A stretch of DNA of 64,000 bases, taken from the NCBI GenBank assembly GCA_964016885.1, contig OZ024740.1, forward strand, positions 121,396,001 to 121,460,000. The letters run 5' to 3'. The first letter of the stretch is position 1. The number at the start of each line of letters is the position of its first letter. Positions 31,043-44,887 of the stretch are shown here, in pieces. Both the position numbers and the translations under genes were made by a program. Below the pieces are notes generated by a model that saw nothing but the letters and a program-made list of their open reading frames with translations, was not told where the DNA came from and ran no database searches. The stretch is from Eledone cirrhosa. Its lineage: Eukaryota.

Positions 31043-34000
31043 GGGAAGTAGACGCACGAGGTGGTAGAAGGTCAAGAAATCGCTCCCGTAAGTTTTTGAT
31101 TTTTAACATATTTAAATCAATTGTGAAATAACAAGTCTTAGTACAAATGTTGCATAAACCACAGAATCAAGTCCCATAAAATTTCGGATCCATATTATAT
31201 TGTTATATCGCTCAAATATTCAATTTTGTATTATATATTTTGTATAAAAAAAAAAGAAAATGGTTATAAATGGAAGAAAACACCCTCTGTCTACACTATA
31301 TAGAACAGCCAAATAACAGCAATTTCACCAACACCAGAAACTTGATACACTACCTACCCCATCACACTAAATATAACAGCGAGATAACGGCAATTTCACC
31401 ACCATCACCACCAATCCCAGCATCATAATTATAATTACTATTATTATTGTCCCAAGTTTTAACAAAATGTTTAATTCCAATTTTACGGGAATATGTCAAC
31501 ACAATATATATTAAACATACGAACACAAACTCATATACTACGTATCACAAAACTCAGTAACGGCAATGCCACCGCCGCCTCCACTCCCTCCATCATTGCT
31601 ACCACTATCCCATCACCGCCGCCACCACTCCTTCATTGCTACCACCACTATTCCCCTGTTAACTTGAGAGAGAAAGGGGAAGGTGGCGGTATCACTAGAC
31701 AAGGGAGAGGCTAGCAAAAGATATAAATAGATTGACTTAGTGACCTGGCCACCGGCCAAACGTCAACATCAACAACTATGGGACTGCTGGCTCACCCCTT
31801 CCTCACCAACAATATAAAAAGCCCCGGCACCACCACCGACATAGCCAACAACAATAACAGGCCACTTCAGCAAAAATTATATTATATTATTGTAATGCAC
31901 TGGGTGATTGCTGGCCTTGTGCCTGGAGTGGAGACAATTATTAATAATTTCATTCTTAAGACACGCAATGCTCACGTTAAGGAACCACTCATGATAATAA
32001 CAATTTAAAAAAACAACAAAAAGAAAACCCCGTGACCAAGAAATACCGGGATGGCGGCCGGCGGGGAATAGCCGTGTCTCTAGGGGAGAACGACCCCTCT
32101 AGTCTTGGTTGACACTCGTTCTAGAAGTGGTAACACGAAATGATTACCCCTTGGCGGATAAGGATAAAACGCGACAAAATAAAGTAAATGTCTAATGATA
32201 AAATCTCATACCGGATCGGCCGTCACCCGGGTAAAAAAGGGCCGCGTCCCTCAGAGAGGAACCAGACTGAGGTCGAAAAATCAGCTAATGGTTCAAACCT
32301 TCCCATCACTTCGGAGCTGGAGACCTCCCACAACCGGAATACTCCTACTGTTGGCCCTCCATGCTCACCACCAAGAAATCCAAAGAAAAAGAGAGAAAAA
32401 TGGTCAAGGGAAGATAATAAAGAAGTCCTTGAGGCTTTCTACACTGCCATGTACTACCCATCAAATACATCGAATACAGAACAGACATATATCAACTGGA
32501 AAAGAAACATCCCGAAAACAGAGGCTATATTGACAGTAACAAACTAACCAATATACGAAGAAATATTGTAAGAAAAAAGCTTCTAACTGATATAGAAATT
32601 GATCAGATCAAGCTATTAGCACAAAGTCAGCGAAGGGAAAATGAAACATGTGTCAGTGAGAACGTGGTAAATTGTAACACTTCGAATCCCAGGGTTGGGG
32701 CGGAATCACTGGCAACAGAACAAATTGAAGAAAGGATCGAAAAAGTGGAGGGAGTGCATGCTCAAGATGAAATTCCAAATGAAAATAATGAGATCGTAAA
32801 TGATAAAGTAATGAATGAGAATGAACTTGCCAACTTGAAGGATGAAATTATGATCGAATGGATGAAAATAAAGAATCTGACATGGGGCAACGAGACACCC
32901 TCCCTAAGATCCAGAACTCCAAACAGAACCAAAAGATAATACACAAGACTAACATAATTCTCAAAAACAATATCATCACAAACAAACTAAACATTACTGA
33001 CTTAAATCATCTCTATTATGCATCGGCTAAAGTCACCACTCACTTATGTGGAGTGAAGATGAAAAAACAAAGGAATTACCACAAGAAATCTACTTGGCAA
33101 GAGAACATCAATCGCCAAATAAACCTTCTCCGATCTGACATAGAAATGTTAACAAACTATAAAGTAGGAGAACATGTTAAACAAACTAAACTTAGAAAAT
33201 TGAGAAAAAGGTACAGTATAAAATCAACATGTGACATAGACATGCTGATAGAAATAATCAAGCAAAAAGTGTCGGCCAAAGCTGCTCGTATAAGGCGCTT
33301 TGAAAAACGATCTAGATTCTATAAGGACAATAATATGTTCAAAAACAACCAAAGGAACTTCTACAGAAAAATTGGTAAGTCAACAATAACTGCTAAATCA
33401 ATACAACCCAAGGAGGAAGTGCAAGAATTCTGGGAAAAGATCTGGGCCAAAGAAAAAGTTCATAACATACATGCCCCATGGATACACAGACAAATGAAAG
33501 ATACAGCTCACCTTGAAGAACAAATATGGGAAAACATAACAGTTGAACAGTTGCGCTTCGGCTCTAAGATAAACCAGCAAATGGAAATCCCCAGGAAAAG
33601 ACAAATTACAAAACTTTTGGATAAATGCCTTCACAGAGTCTCATGAGCTGTTAGCCCAACTTTACAATGAAATAGTTAAGGAGCCAGAAAAGATACCATC
33701 ATGGCTAGTTAACGGCATTACATTCCTGCTTCCGAAGAATGATGAGACAAACAATCCCAAAAATTACAGACCGATAACTTGCTTGACCACAATGTATAAC
33801 ATTTTAACATCAGTCCTAACTGAATACACATATGACCACCTGATAACAAATGACCTATTTCCCATTGAGCAGAAAGGGTGTAAACGAGGCTCATATGGCT
33901 GTAAGGATCAGCTTCTGGTTAACAAAATGATACTGGAAGATTGTCATAATAGACACAAAAATCTATCGATTGATTGGATAAATTATAAAAAAAGCATTCG

Positions 34001-35982
34001 ATACTTTGCCACACAGTTGGATTGAAAAATGTTTAGAGATTTTCAAAATATCCCCCGTTGTCAGGAGGTTTTTGTCATTCAGTATGAAGACATGGAGAAC
34101 GACACTCCTTTTGAATAGTGAAACAAAATCACTGGAAGCTGGAGAAGTTAATATTAATTGTGGAATTTTTCAGGGTGACTCTTTATCACCGCTTTTATTC
34201 TACATCGCACTTATACCATTAAGTAAAATGCTCAATGAAACAAAACATGGATATAAAGTCTATGACAAAACCATTAATCACCTGTTCTACATGGATGACC
34301 TGAAACTATTTGCAAAAAATGATGAACAATTGCAAGGGCTATTATCCACTGTGGAGCAGTTCAGTGATGACATTAAAATGGAGTTTGGACTTGATAAATG
34401 CGCCAAAGCAACGTTCACGAGAGGAAAGCTGCTGAAGAGTTCAGACATTAATCTTGATCGGGGGAACGTGATCAGAGAACTCGATCAAGAAAAAACTTAC
34501 AATATCTAGGTTTTTGTGAAGGAGACGGAATCAAGCACTCGACAATGAGGGAAAGGATAAGGAAGGAATGTTACTGCAGAGTAAGAGCAATCTTAAGAAC
34601 GGAATTGAATGCAAGGAATAGGATCGATGCCATAAACACGCTTGCCATACCAGTAGTAACCTACAGTTACAATGTCATCAACTGGTCAAGCACAGAGATC
34701 CGTAGGCTCGATACAAAAATTCGAAAATTCTTAACCATGCACAGAATGCATCACCCTAAGTCAGATATAGATAGAATATATCTCCCTAGGAAAAAAGGAG
34801 GACGTGGGTTAATCCAGTTAGACATTGCGTTGAAAACTGCAACAATTGGATTATCTACATATCTGAGGGAATCACATGATTGGATGATCAAACTCGTTTT
34901 GAAACACGAAAGCATCAAAAGATCATATTCCATTACAAAAGATGCACAAAGATACAGTAATGGACTACAAATTTCAGAAATCCCATTTACTGCTGAAATG
35001 GAAAACACAGAAAATGCAAAGCAGGTAAAAGTAACTGCAAAGAAAGAACTGCTACAGAAACTGGCTAAGAAATGGCAAGAAAAGCCTCTGTATGGAAAAT
35101 ACCCAGAGCGAGCTAACAATCCTGATGTTGACAAAACTTTAACCCATCAGTGGTTGGCATCCTCTGGACTGAAATCGGAGACTGAAGGACTGATTATATC
35201 AGCACAAGATCAGTGTCTGCCAACAACAAATTACCAAGCCAACATAATAAAAAATGGATGCAGCCCAGTATGCCGTGTATGCAAAAAACAACCAGAGACC
35301 ATTGACCATATAATTTCAATGTGCAGTCCTATAGCTCCAACCGAATACCTAAACAGGCATGGCAGAGCTGCACAATACATACATTGGATAATGTGTAAGC
35401 ATTTTGACATGCCCCATCAAAAGAATTGGTGGGAGCATCAACCACCTGCCATACTCTAAAAAGATCACATCTCAATCTTGTGGAACTTTAGCATCCAAAC
35501 AGACCGAAAAATAGATGCAAATAGACCTGATATAATATTGAAGGACTTTAAAAAGAGGGTATGCCTGCTAATTGATATGTCTGTTCCAATAGACAAGAAT
35601 GTATCTATAAAAACATTTGAAAAATTGAGCAAGTATAAGGACCTGGAGATAGAAATTGGAAAAATGTGGAAATTGAGAACTAAAACAATACCAGTGGTTG
35701 TAGGCGCTCTGGGAATGATACCTAAGGGGTCTAATGATTACTTATCGCAAATCCCAGGAAACCCGCGTATAGGAGAATTACAAAAGATAGTACTAAAGGG
35801 AAATGCCCATATACTAAGGAAGATTCTATCAACATAAGTACATCACAAGTCTAAACACTAAAGATGCATGTGTGAGTATATATGTTCTTTCTTGAACATG
35901 GCGGACCTTGTTGTCTCTTGAGGTCACTGGTTGTGACTTGGTTATAACTCGTATGAACATAAAGCAAGATAAATTCAGCTGT
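31042..35982 (+). mobile_element. Near full-length R4/Dong-like non-LTR retrotransposon (family A), frameshifted
   Basis: Long 5' region, single decayed ORF 32188-35837, 3' UTR ending in (TAA)n; 5' boundary inferred from the TAA array. Confidence 0.9.
32188..35837 (+). pseudogene. RT-zinc knuckle-REL polyprotein of family A (disrupted)
   Basis: YRPITCL, EQKGC, DQLL, PHSW, GIFQGDSLSPLLF, HLFYMDDLKLF, FGLDKC, GGRGL, CRVCKKQPETIDHIISMC (CCHC), RPDII..LIDMSVP..KLSKYKDL, PVVVGALG across successive ORF fragments. Confidence 0.93.
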
Positions 35983-36001
35983 AATAATAATAATAATTAT
36001 T

Positions 36002-39000
36002 CGGGAAGAAAACGCACATGGTGGATATATATCGTTACGGAATCGCTCCCGTAAGTTTTTGATTTTTACTTCTTTAAAACAACTGTGATAGAATAATTCG
36101 TATTACAAATGAACAATACGATTACAGTTTTCACGTTCAGCAAGCCATAACGCATAGGGCCCCAATATTTAATATTTAATTTTGCATCAGAAATGTTATA
36201 GTCGAAAATGAGGAAAATGGCAAAATGCTAAATAGCTAAATAGCTAAATGGCTAAGTGGACAGCAGAAATATAATTTTAGAACCAACACCACCACCACTA
36301 CCACGCTAAAAAATCTAGTCATGTTACCTCAACTTCTATTTCTACTTCAACTTCAACACCATCACTACAGTACTACGATCACACCACTACCACCATTGCC
36401 ACATTATCGCTACCGCAGCTATTCTCTCCCACTACCTCCTGCAAAGACATGCATCGTAGTGTCCCCACTAAAAGAGGAAGGCATCAAAATACATAAATAG
36501 ACTGATTTGATGACCCGGTCATAAAATCAAAAAACCAAAAATCAAAATCAAAGCAGCACAGCAACAACGAAAAACGTAAAGAAAAGAAAAATGAAAAGAA
36601 AAACAAACAGACAGAGAAGGGAAGGGAAAAAGTAAGTCAGACATTCAAACATTACATTATAATGAAACTTATGCTTATTCTTATTTTTTATTTTTTTTTT
36701 ACCTATTTGTTTGTTTGTTTATTTATGTTCGTCTACAGCGTGATAGTGCCACACAAAAAATCACCAGGAGTGATGAAATCACCGGTGGTGATGAAATCAC
36801 CGGTGGTTATGTAACCATACATTCACCAATCCTCGATAAGAGTGTTTAAATGTCGAACCTAAACAGTTCGAATTACGGTGAAGTGGAGACTAGAATGTCA
36901 TGTGACAGACTCTCATCAGCAGGTGCTCCCTGGCTCAGCAGCAGGGACCTTGCTGTCAACCAAATACTGCTGGTGTCGGAGGAAGAATAAGAAGGAAAGG
37001 CACCAGAACCAACTGGACGAAAGAATTGAATAGAAGTGTTATGCAATGTTACCTGAAGAGTAACCCCAAGGAGAAAGGCTAGAGGAAACGGATGCATAAC
37101 ATCTGGAACGAGATTGATCTACGTAAATTAGATGAACAAAAATTGGCCAGCAGGCTCGGGTAATAAGAACTAATGGTTGGATAAACGAGCTGGAACTGGA
37201 GGAACTGAGTAGAGAGATTAAGTTGGAAATGGAGAGTGGAGTATGCCAGGCAAACGAGCCAGTGGGAAATGAAGGTGAAGAGTTTGAGAGAACGGAGGAA
37301 CCATCCGAAGCAGACAATGATCTGAATGCTGAAATAAATAATACCTGGAACAAAGATACGGCCATTGAGGAGATGAATGCTGACAGGCTAGGACAAGATT
37401 TGGTTGATATCCTAAACTTAGTGGTAGATGAATTGAACGATGATAGTGGGAAACCTATGAAACTAAGATTTGTAGACAGGATAAATTTAAAGAAACAACA
37501 GTTAAGGTAAACAAAGTCATCCCATACCTTGAGGCGAGGAGCCTTCAACAGTGCAACAATATCCTCAAAGCAACAGCAAATGTGGTGATGAAATTACTTG
37601 GTATAAAAGCGAGAGGAAACAACAAACAAGAAAGATCATGGCCTTGGTGGAAGAGCGACTGAATGGTCAAATCAGGGAAATGAGAAATGACATTGGAAAG
37701 CTTGAGTCCCTACCGAATGGGACACTAAAAAACATAGACACTAAAAATAGACTGGAAATAAAGTACAAAACTAGGAGTAAAAAACTATATATTATCATAG
37801 AGGAACTGAGGCAACGCATTGTAGCAAAGAGTGCAAAAATTAGGCGATACGAGAGCAGAATCAGTCAGTATAGGCAGAACCGCATGTTTGACAACAACCA
37901 GAAGTTGCTGTTTGGACAGCTTGAAGGGAAAGAAAGAGGCAACGACTTGATCCCTGAGGCGGAACAAACCAAGACATTCTGGAGAGGAATATGGGAGCAG
38001 GATGTTAAACATAATGACCAGGCTGTGTGGATTGAGACAGTACAAAAGGAGATTAGTGAACAGACACACCAACAAACTGATTTGAGTATCACTGTTGAAA
38101 TTCTTAAGGGGCAGGCCAAAAAAACTAACCAGCTGGAAATCACCAGGCCCAGATGGTGTGCAGGCGTATTGGATTAAAAATATAACATCCCTCCACCCGA
38201 AACTTGCAACCATATTCAATGAATGTTTGATGTCAGGTGAGGTACCAGAGTGGTTGACAAAAGATACCACAGTTCTGGTAATGAAAGACCGAATCAAGGG
38301 CAATGATGTTACCAACTATAGACCTATCACATGTCTGTCCGTAATGTGGAAACTGTTGACAAGCATTATGTCTGAGGAAATCTAACATCACCTGCACACA
38401 AACAACTTGTTACCGGACGAACAGAAAGGATGCCGAAAGAAGTCCCGTGGTGCAAAGGACCAGTTACTTATTGATAAGATGGTAATGAGGAATTGCAGGA
38501 GGAGACACACTGATCTTGCCATGGGATGGATAGACTACAAAAAGGCATTTGACATGGTGCCTCATTTTTGGATAACGAAAAGCCTAGAGATCTTCAAGGT
38601 GGCAGATAACATCAGACAGTTGTTGGGCAAAAGTATGAAGTCCTGGAAAACAGAGTTAAGATCAGCTGGAGAATCCTTGGGAGGCGTGAAGATCAAGAGA
38701 GGTATCTTCCAGTGAGATAGGTTGTCCCTGACCATTATACTGCGAAAAGTGAGAGCAGGATACAAGTTGGGAAAGGGAGAGTTTACCATCAATCACCTCC
38801 TCTTCATGGACGATCTTAAGCTCTTCGGGAAAAGTGAGAAGGTGTTGGGTGTGCTTCTTGACACTGTCCGTATTTTCAGCAATTATATATGTATGCAATT
38901 TGGTATTAGTGAGTGTGGAGTCCTTGTGATGAAGAGGGGTACATTGAGCAGAAGCAACGGAATCCAGGTACCAACAGGTGAGATGATAAAGGAAATTGAC

Positions 39001-40306
39001 ACTGAAGAAGGATACAAGTATTTGGGTGTTCTGGAGGCTGATGACATCAAGAACAAAAAAATGAAGGAATTGATAAGATCTGAATACATTCGGAGAGTAA
39101 GGAGCGTATTAAAGTCACATGAACAGTAGGAATGCCATAAGTGCAGTAAATTCCCGAGCTGTGTCTATTATTAGGTACAGTGCGGGAATTCTGAGATGGA
39201 ATGTTGCTGAACAAAAAGAAATGGATAGGATGACTAGGAAGCTATTGACTATCTACAACATGTTCCACAAGAGGAGTGATGTCGATAGACTCTACTTAAG
39301 GAGATCTGAAGTTGGAAGAGGTGTTATCAGCATAGAGGACTGTGTTCAGATGGAGAAAAACAACCTACGTGACTGATAATAAGGAGCCAATGCTCAGAAC
39401 TGTACTGAAGGAGAGGACAATAGACCAGGGGATGTCCAGGGAGGAAATAACAACAAGGAGAAAGAGCAACCTTCATAAAAAATCCCTTCATAGTACCTTC
39501 TTTGAGAAAACTGAATTCAGAGATCCACAGGCATGGAACTGGTTGAAAAGAGGAGACCTTAAAAAGGCTACATAAGGAATGCTAATGGCTGCGGAAGAGC
39601 AGGCCCTCAAAACGAAGTGGTTGAAACACCATATTTACAAGGAGGAGGCCAGCCCACTGTGCAGGATCTGTGGAGAGAGAGAGGAGACTGTGGCTCACAT
39701 TGTATCCGAGTGTAAACACCTAGCCCAGACTCACTATAAGGGCTGGAGATATGATGTGATGGGGAGGGTGATCCACTGGCACCTATGCAAAGTAAACAAT
39801 TTACCACATTCTGAGAAGTGGTATGAGCATAAACCAGGGTCGGTGATAGAAAACGATCAGGTGAAGGTGCTGTGGGATTTTAGGATACAGACGGACAAGA
39901 AACTGGAACACAATAGACCTGACCTGGTGGTTTTGGCAAATAAAAAAATCGTGCCTGATTGTGAATGTGGCCTGCCCATTCGACACGAGAGTGCAAGAGA
40001 AGGAGAGGGAGAAAATTAACCGATACCAGGACTTAAAGTGGGAGGAAAAAGGATTTGGAACTTCTATGAAGTCAAAGTGGTCCTGATTGTCATAGGCGCA
40101 CTAGGTACTATCTCAAGGAGTTTCCAGGGATGGTTAAAAAAAATTGGCCCCGCCCCGCCTTTTGGAACACTTCAAAAGGCATGCTTGCTGGGAGCGGCAA
40201 GAACCCTCCGATACGTCCTGAATATCTGAGGCTGCAGGTAGTGGTTTGATATTCATTTCAAGAAACTTTCCAGTTAACTAACATCAATGACTGAGACTCA
40301 AAGAAC

Positions 40307-40307
<1 letters not shown>
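36002..40307 (+). mobile_element. Near full-length R4/Dong-like non-LTR retrotransposon (family B), frameshifted
   Basis: Begins right after the TAA tail of family A and ends in (TAA)n at 40308. Confidence 0.88.
36900..40229 (+). pseudogene. RT-zinc knuckle-REL polyprotein of family B (disrupted)
   Basis: [84 protein letters not shown]; start position approximate. Confidence 0.92.
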
Positions 40308-40336
<29 letters not shown>

Positions 40337-40338
<2 letters not shown>

Positions 40339-41537
40339 TGAAGGATTTGATAAGATCTGAATACATTCGGGGAGTAAGGAGCGTATTAAAGTCACATATG
40401 AACAGTAGGAATTCCATAAGTGCATTATATTACCGAGCTGTGTCTATTATTAGGAATGTTGCTGAACAGAAATAAATGGATAGGAAGACTAGGAAGCTAT
40501 TGACTATCTACAACATGTTCCACAAGAGGAATGATGTCGATAGAATCTACTTAAAGAGATCTGAAGGTGGAAGAGGTCTTATCAGCATAGAAGACTGTGT
40601 TCAGATGGAGAAAAACAACCTACACAAATACGTGACTGATAGTAGGGAACCGATGCTCAGAATTGTACTGAAGGAGAGGACAATAGACCAGGGGATGTCC
40701 AAGGAGGAAATAACAAGGAGAAAGAGCAACCTTCATGAAAAATCCCTTCATAGTACCTTCTTTGAGAAAACTGAATTCAGAGATCCACAGACATGGAACT
40801 TGTTGAAAAGAGGAGACCTTAAAAAGGCTACAGAAGGAATGCTAATGGCTGCGCAAGAGCAGGCCCTCAATACGAAGTGGCTGAAACACCATATTTACAA
40901 AGAGCAGGCTATCCCACTGTGTAGGATCTGTGGAGATTTAGAGGAGACTGTGGCTCACATTGTGTCAGAGTGTAAACAGCTAGCCCAGACTCACTATAAA
41001 GGCTGGAGACATGATGTGATGGGCAGGGTGATCCACTGGCACCTATGCAAATGAACAATTTACCACATTCTGAGAAGTGGTATGAGCATAAGCCAGAGTC
41101 GGTGATAGAAAACATTCAGGTGAAGGTGCTGTGGGATTTTAGGATACAGACGGACAAGAAACTGGAACACAATAGACCTGACCTGGTGGTTTTGAACAAG
41201 CGAAATAGATCGTGCCTGATTGTGGATGTAGCCAGCCCATTCAACACGAGAGTGCAAGAGAAGGAGAGGGAGAAAATTAACCGATACCAGGACTTAAAGT
41301 GGGAGATAAAAAGGATTTGTCATAGGCGCACTTGATACTATCTCAAAGAGTTTGCAAGGATTGTTAAAGAAAATTGGTCCCGCCTCGCTTTTTGGAACAC
41401 TTCAAAAGGCATGCTTGCTGGGAACAGCAAGAGCCCTCCGAAACGTCATGAATATCTGAGGCTGCAGGTAGTGGCTTGATATTCATTTCAACAAAATTTC
41501 CAGTTAAATAACATCAATGACTTAGTCTCAAAGAACG
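40337..41537 (+). mobile_element. 5'-truncated family B copy inserted in the TAA tail of the preceding copy
   Basis: High similarity to 39060-40307 with small deletions; EGGRGLISIEDC, CRICGDLEETVAHIVSEC, RPDLVVL..IVDVASP; TAA/TGA tail 41538-41618. Confidence 0.92.
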
Positions 41538-42006
41538 ATGATAATAATAATAATGATGATGATGAAGCTGATGATGATAATGATAATAATAATAACAATA
41601 GTAATAATAATAATAATTTACTTGCATAATGCAAAATAATTCGTTCATGTGTTGATTTAGAAATGCACGTTCAAAATTTTCACGGAGAGAGAAATCTTGA
41701 GAAAAATCAATAATTTGAATGGTAAATTAAGTAGATATTGATTATTTCGTGGCTACTTTGTAATGTAAATTTCTCATTACCACATTAGGAAATGACTGAA
41801 GCAATAAGGGGTAGGTGGTCTCATATGAAAATATGATCGATTGTATTTTTAAATAATTTTGTTTTCTGCTTATATCAATTAAACAAACACTTCTGCATTC
41901 ATCGACATAATTATACATGAATACGTGTACATATATATTTGCATAAACGTATATGTGTATGTTTGCGTCTGTATACCACCCACCATATATATATATATAT
42001 ATATAT

Positions 42007-42170
42007 ATAGGAACGAGTAGGACCCCGACGGCTGAGCTCAAACCGTTTCGAAACGGCTTGATCTCAGCCGTTGGGGTCCTACTCGTTCCTATTACCCACT
42101 CTACTACCCTAAGTATTGAGTACTTTGGTGCGTTATGGTCCACTTGGTTCCTTACCACATTTCCTTCGTT
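42007..42170 (+). mobile_element. Fold-back palindromic micro-insertion of a PLE terminus in (TA)n
   Basis: 86-bp palindrome centred on TTTC|GAAA (42049/42050) followed by the same 3' terminus as 19520-19590. Confidence 0.8.
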
Positions 42171-44129
42171 ATATATATATACGTGCGTATATGCGTATGG
42201 GTATTAGGTGAGTATCTCTTATTCTGTGTATACGTCAGGTCGCAAAGTGGATGTCACTGTAAGTTGATATAGACGCATACACAAACATGTGCGTCTATGT
42301 GTTCAGTTAAGTATACACAAGTAGGTATCAATACTTAGCACAAAATAATAACAATAATATGTATTGAATGCAATCCTTGAAATAATAGCTGTTAGAGTAC
42401 GAACGTAAATTAATTCCACTTAACACTTTCGACGTCTCAATTTGTTACATCATTAAATGCTTGTGTTTTAATTTCCACTGCTGTTTAGTCTTTTCCATCT
42501 CTTTCTTGTTTATTTCTCAAATCGTTTAAATATCCATTCTTGAATTCTTTTGCTGTTTTCAGTCAATAGACTCTGACGATGGTGCGATACCACCATCTAT
42601 CACATCTAGTACATTAGGTAAACTTTTGAATTCTTGTACTTATTTATCGAACTCATTTTTCTCGAAGCTCTACGTTACGGTAGACAGACATATAGATAGG
42701 CACGCACCCAAACACATAAACCCGTTATATGTATATGACCTTTGAAGCAGGCGGCCTAGATTCTTGCATTTAGCGCATGCGATCGTAATGCCGCGTGGTG
42801 TGTTGCGTTTTTTTTTCAAATAACTTCATTTCACGTAGCTGAAAAACGAACGCCATGAATTGAGAGGTGGTAAACATGCGTTGAACAGTCGCTCTCTCCA
42901 GGCAGGGGAATGCCTTATGCTCTCAGCCACTTAACACTTTAAAAAGCAGGATAATCAATGACTTTATGAGCTTCCGAACATTTAACTTGTCTGAAATATA
43001 TATGATTGACTTCTGTAATTTTCGGATACCAAATTCCAATTAAATTAATTAATCAAACCGAGGTCATAATAGAAGAAACCTACATGTGGAGCTGCGTAGT
43101 GTGGTTGAATCCACAATGTAGTTGTTAAGCAAGTTTGTACTTGTATCTAAGAAGTGGTTTTCCTACGTTTTGAACTTCCGCTTGAAGTAGGCCAGTCTTT
43201 CAACATTCATCCTAAAAACCTGTCCAGCCAATCTTAATTGAGACTTTATGAAGAAGGCCTGTATTCATTATATAACTGATCATTAGAGACTTTGTCCTTC
43301 CATATGAGACCACAAATATTTATGAGACATCTACTGTGGAAAGAATCAGGCTGTGTAATATGTTTTCAATATATATATATTGCCAATACTGGAATTGAAT
43401 CATCAAACCGTAGCGGTATGTAAACATATCAAATCTTAGATTTCGTCTGATGAAAACGTACTTAAACATCATTGTACCATTGAAATATGTATAATAAATA
43501 TATATTTATTATACATAGGGTATTTTTAAGTAATTAAATGTTTAGATGTGGTTATTAGAAATGATTATAACAAGAATTAAGATTTAGTTTATATATAATA
43601 GTTTACTTTACTTCAGTCAATAAGAACAATAATCAAGTCACCACGAGTTTCGAAGATTGACAATGTTTTTTTTGTTGATGTGAAAACAGCGAACGACCAG
43701 ATACAATGTGTTGGTGGTTAAAGTGTGTTGCAGTCCGTCCTAGTAGTTCTTGTCGTGAGTCTGAGATCATAGTGAGTGAGAGAGAGTAATGGTCTGTAAT
43801 TGATTGTAGACCACTGTGGCTTGTACATAGCGGTGAAACTTTCACATAGAGGGTCTGTAGTAGTAGAGCTCCGATCAGTCTGTATTTCTGTAGACCCCAG
43901 GGGCCTGAAGCTAGCGGTGAATCTTTATATAGATTGTTGTGTATCGTACTGCTCCGATGTCTCTGTCTGAAGTGGGATGATACATGCTATATATACCTGT
44001 CGCTTCCTGTCTCCCACCTTGAGGGGATAGCCCACGCATTAAACTATTCACACCGAAAGGGTGGTGACCTAGAATTTGACCTTTAGGTGTGACGCAAGGT
44101 TCAAAGCGTGGACAGATTTCGCTACACAC

Positions 44130-44218
<89 letters not shown>

Positions 44219-44269
44219 TAATAAGAAAAAGCTAAGCAGTTTCAGATGTTAAAGGTCTTTAATGATAAT

Positions 44270-44343
44270 GCTGTGATACATATTTCAATGCCGACAGTGG
44301 ACACACGGTTCGGTGCGCCAGTGCCGTTACATCATCAGACAGC
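44270..44343 (-). ncRNA. Type I hammerhead ribozyme within a ~600-bp non-coding insert (~44225-44830)
   Basis: GCTGT-CTGATGA-long stem II (CGGCA..TGG.CGCAC/GTGTG.CCA.TGTCG)-GAAA-TATGTA-TC-ACAGC; ATC cleavage triplet. Confidence 0.78.
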
Positions 44344-44887
44344 TTGTTAGGCAATCCAAATTGAATCGACATGGGAACGGACAAAGCGTGTGCTCTTGGG
44401 TTCTTCGCCATTTCCCTTGTGAGTCCCAATTCACCCCCACCGGTCTGCGCATGCACAGGTCCGAAGGAATTTGACCATCAACTACCGCAGAGTTCTACGA
44501 AACTCGCCTACGCAGGTCCCCCCTCACCTAAACAATGACCGCATACAACCTGTAATATGACACGGTTATAGTTTACAGCTAGCCGGCCGAAAGCCAGTGG
44601 GGGTAGGAGGGTATGAGTATCAATAGGTCTCAATACTACCTCTAAATTAATCATGGACAGTAGAATTGACCATCTCCCGCTAAGAGAACATATACTTATT
44701 TCTAGGTATTTTGGTTTCACAGTGAGGATTATGAATGAGAGTTGGAAATTAAAACTAAAAAAAAAAAAATAAATAAAAAAAAAAAAAAAAAAATTAAAAA
44801 AATTAAAAATTAAAAATTAAAAATTCGATGTATACTCCGTCACTCCTAAGTGGAAAATATTTACCTTAAGTATATACATAAGCAAAT

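Noticed and set aside
36885-36925. CTGATGAG on the minus strand in the family B leader
   Set aside because: No GAAA core strand or stems I/III at suitable positions
42574-42600. CTGACGA followed by hairpin TGGTG/CACCA
   Set aside because: No GAAA or cleavage-site strand; at most an eroded remnant
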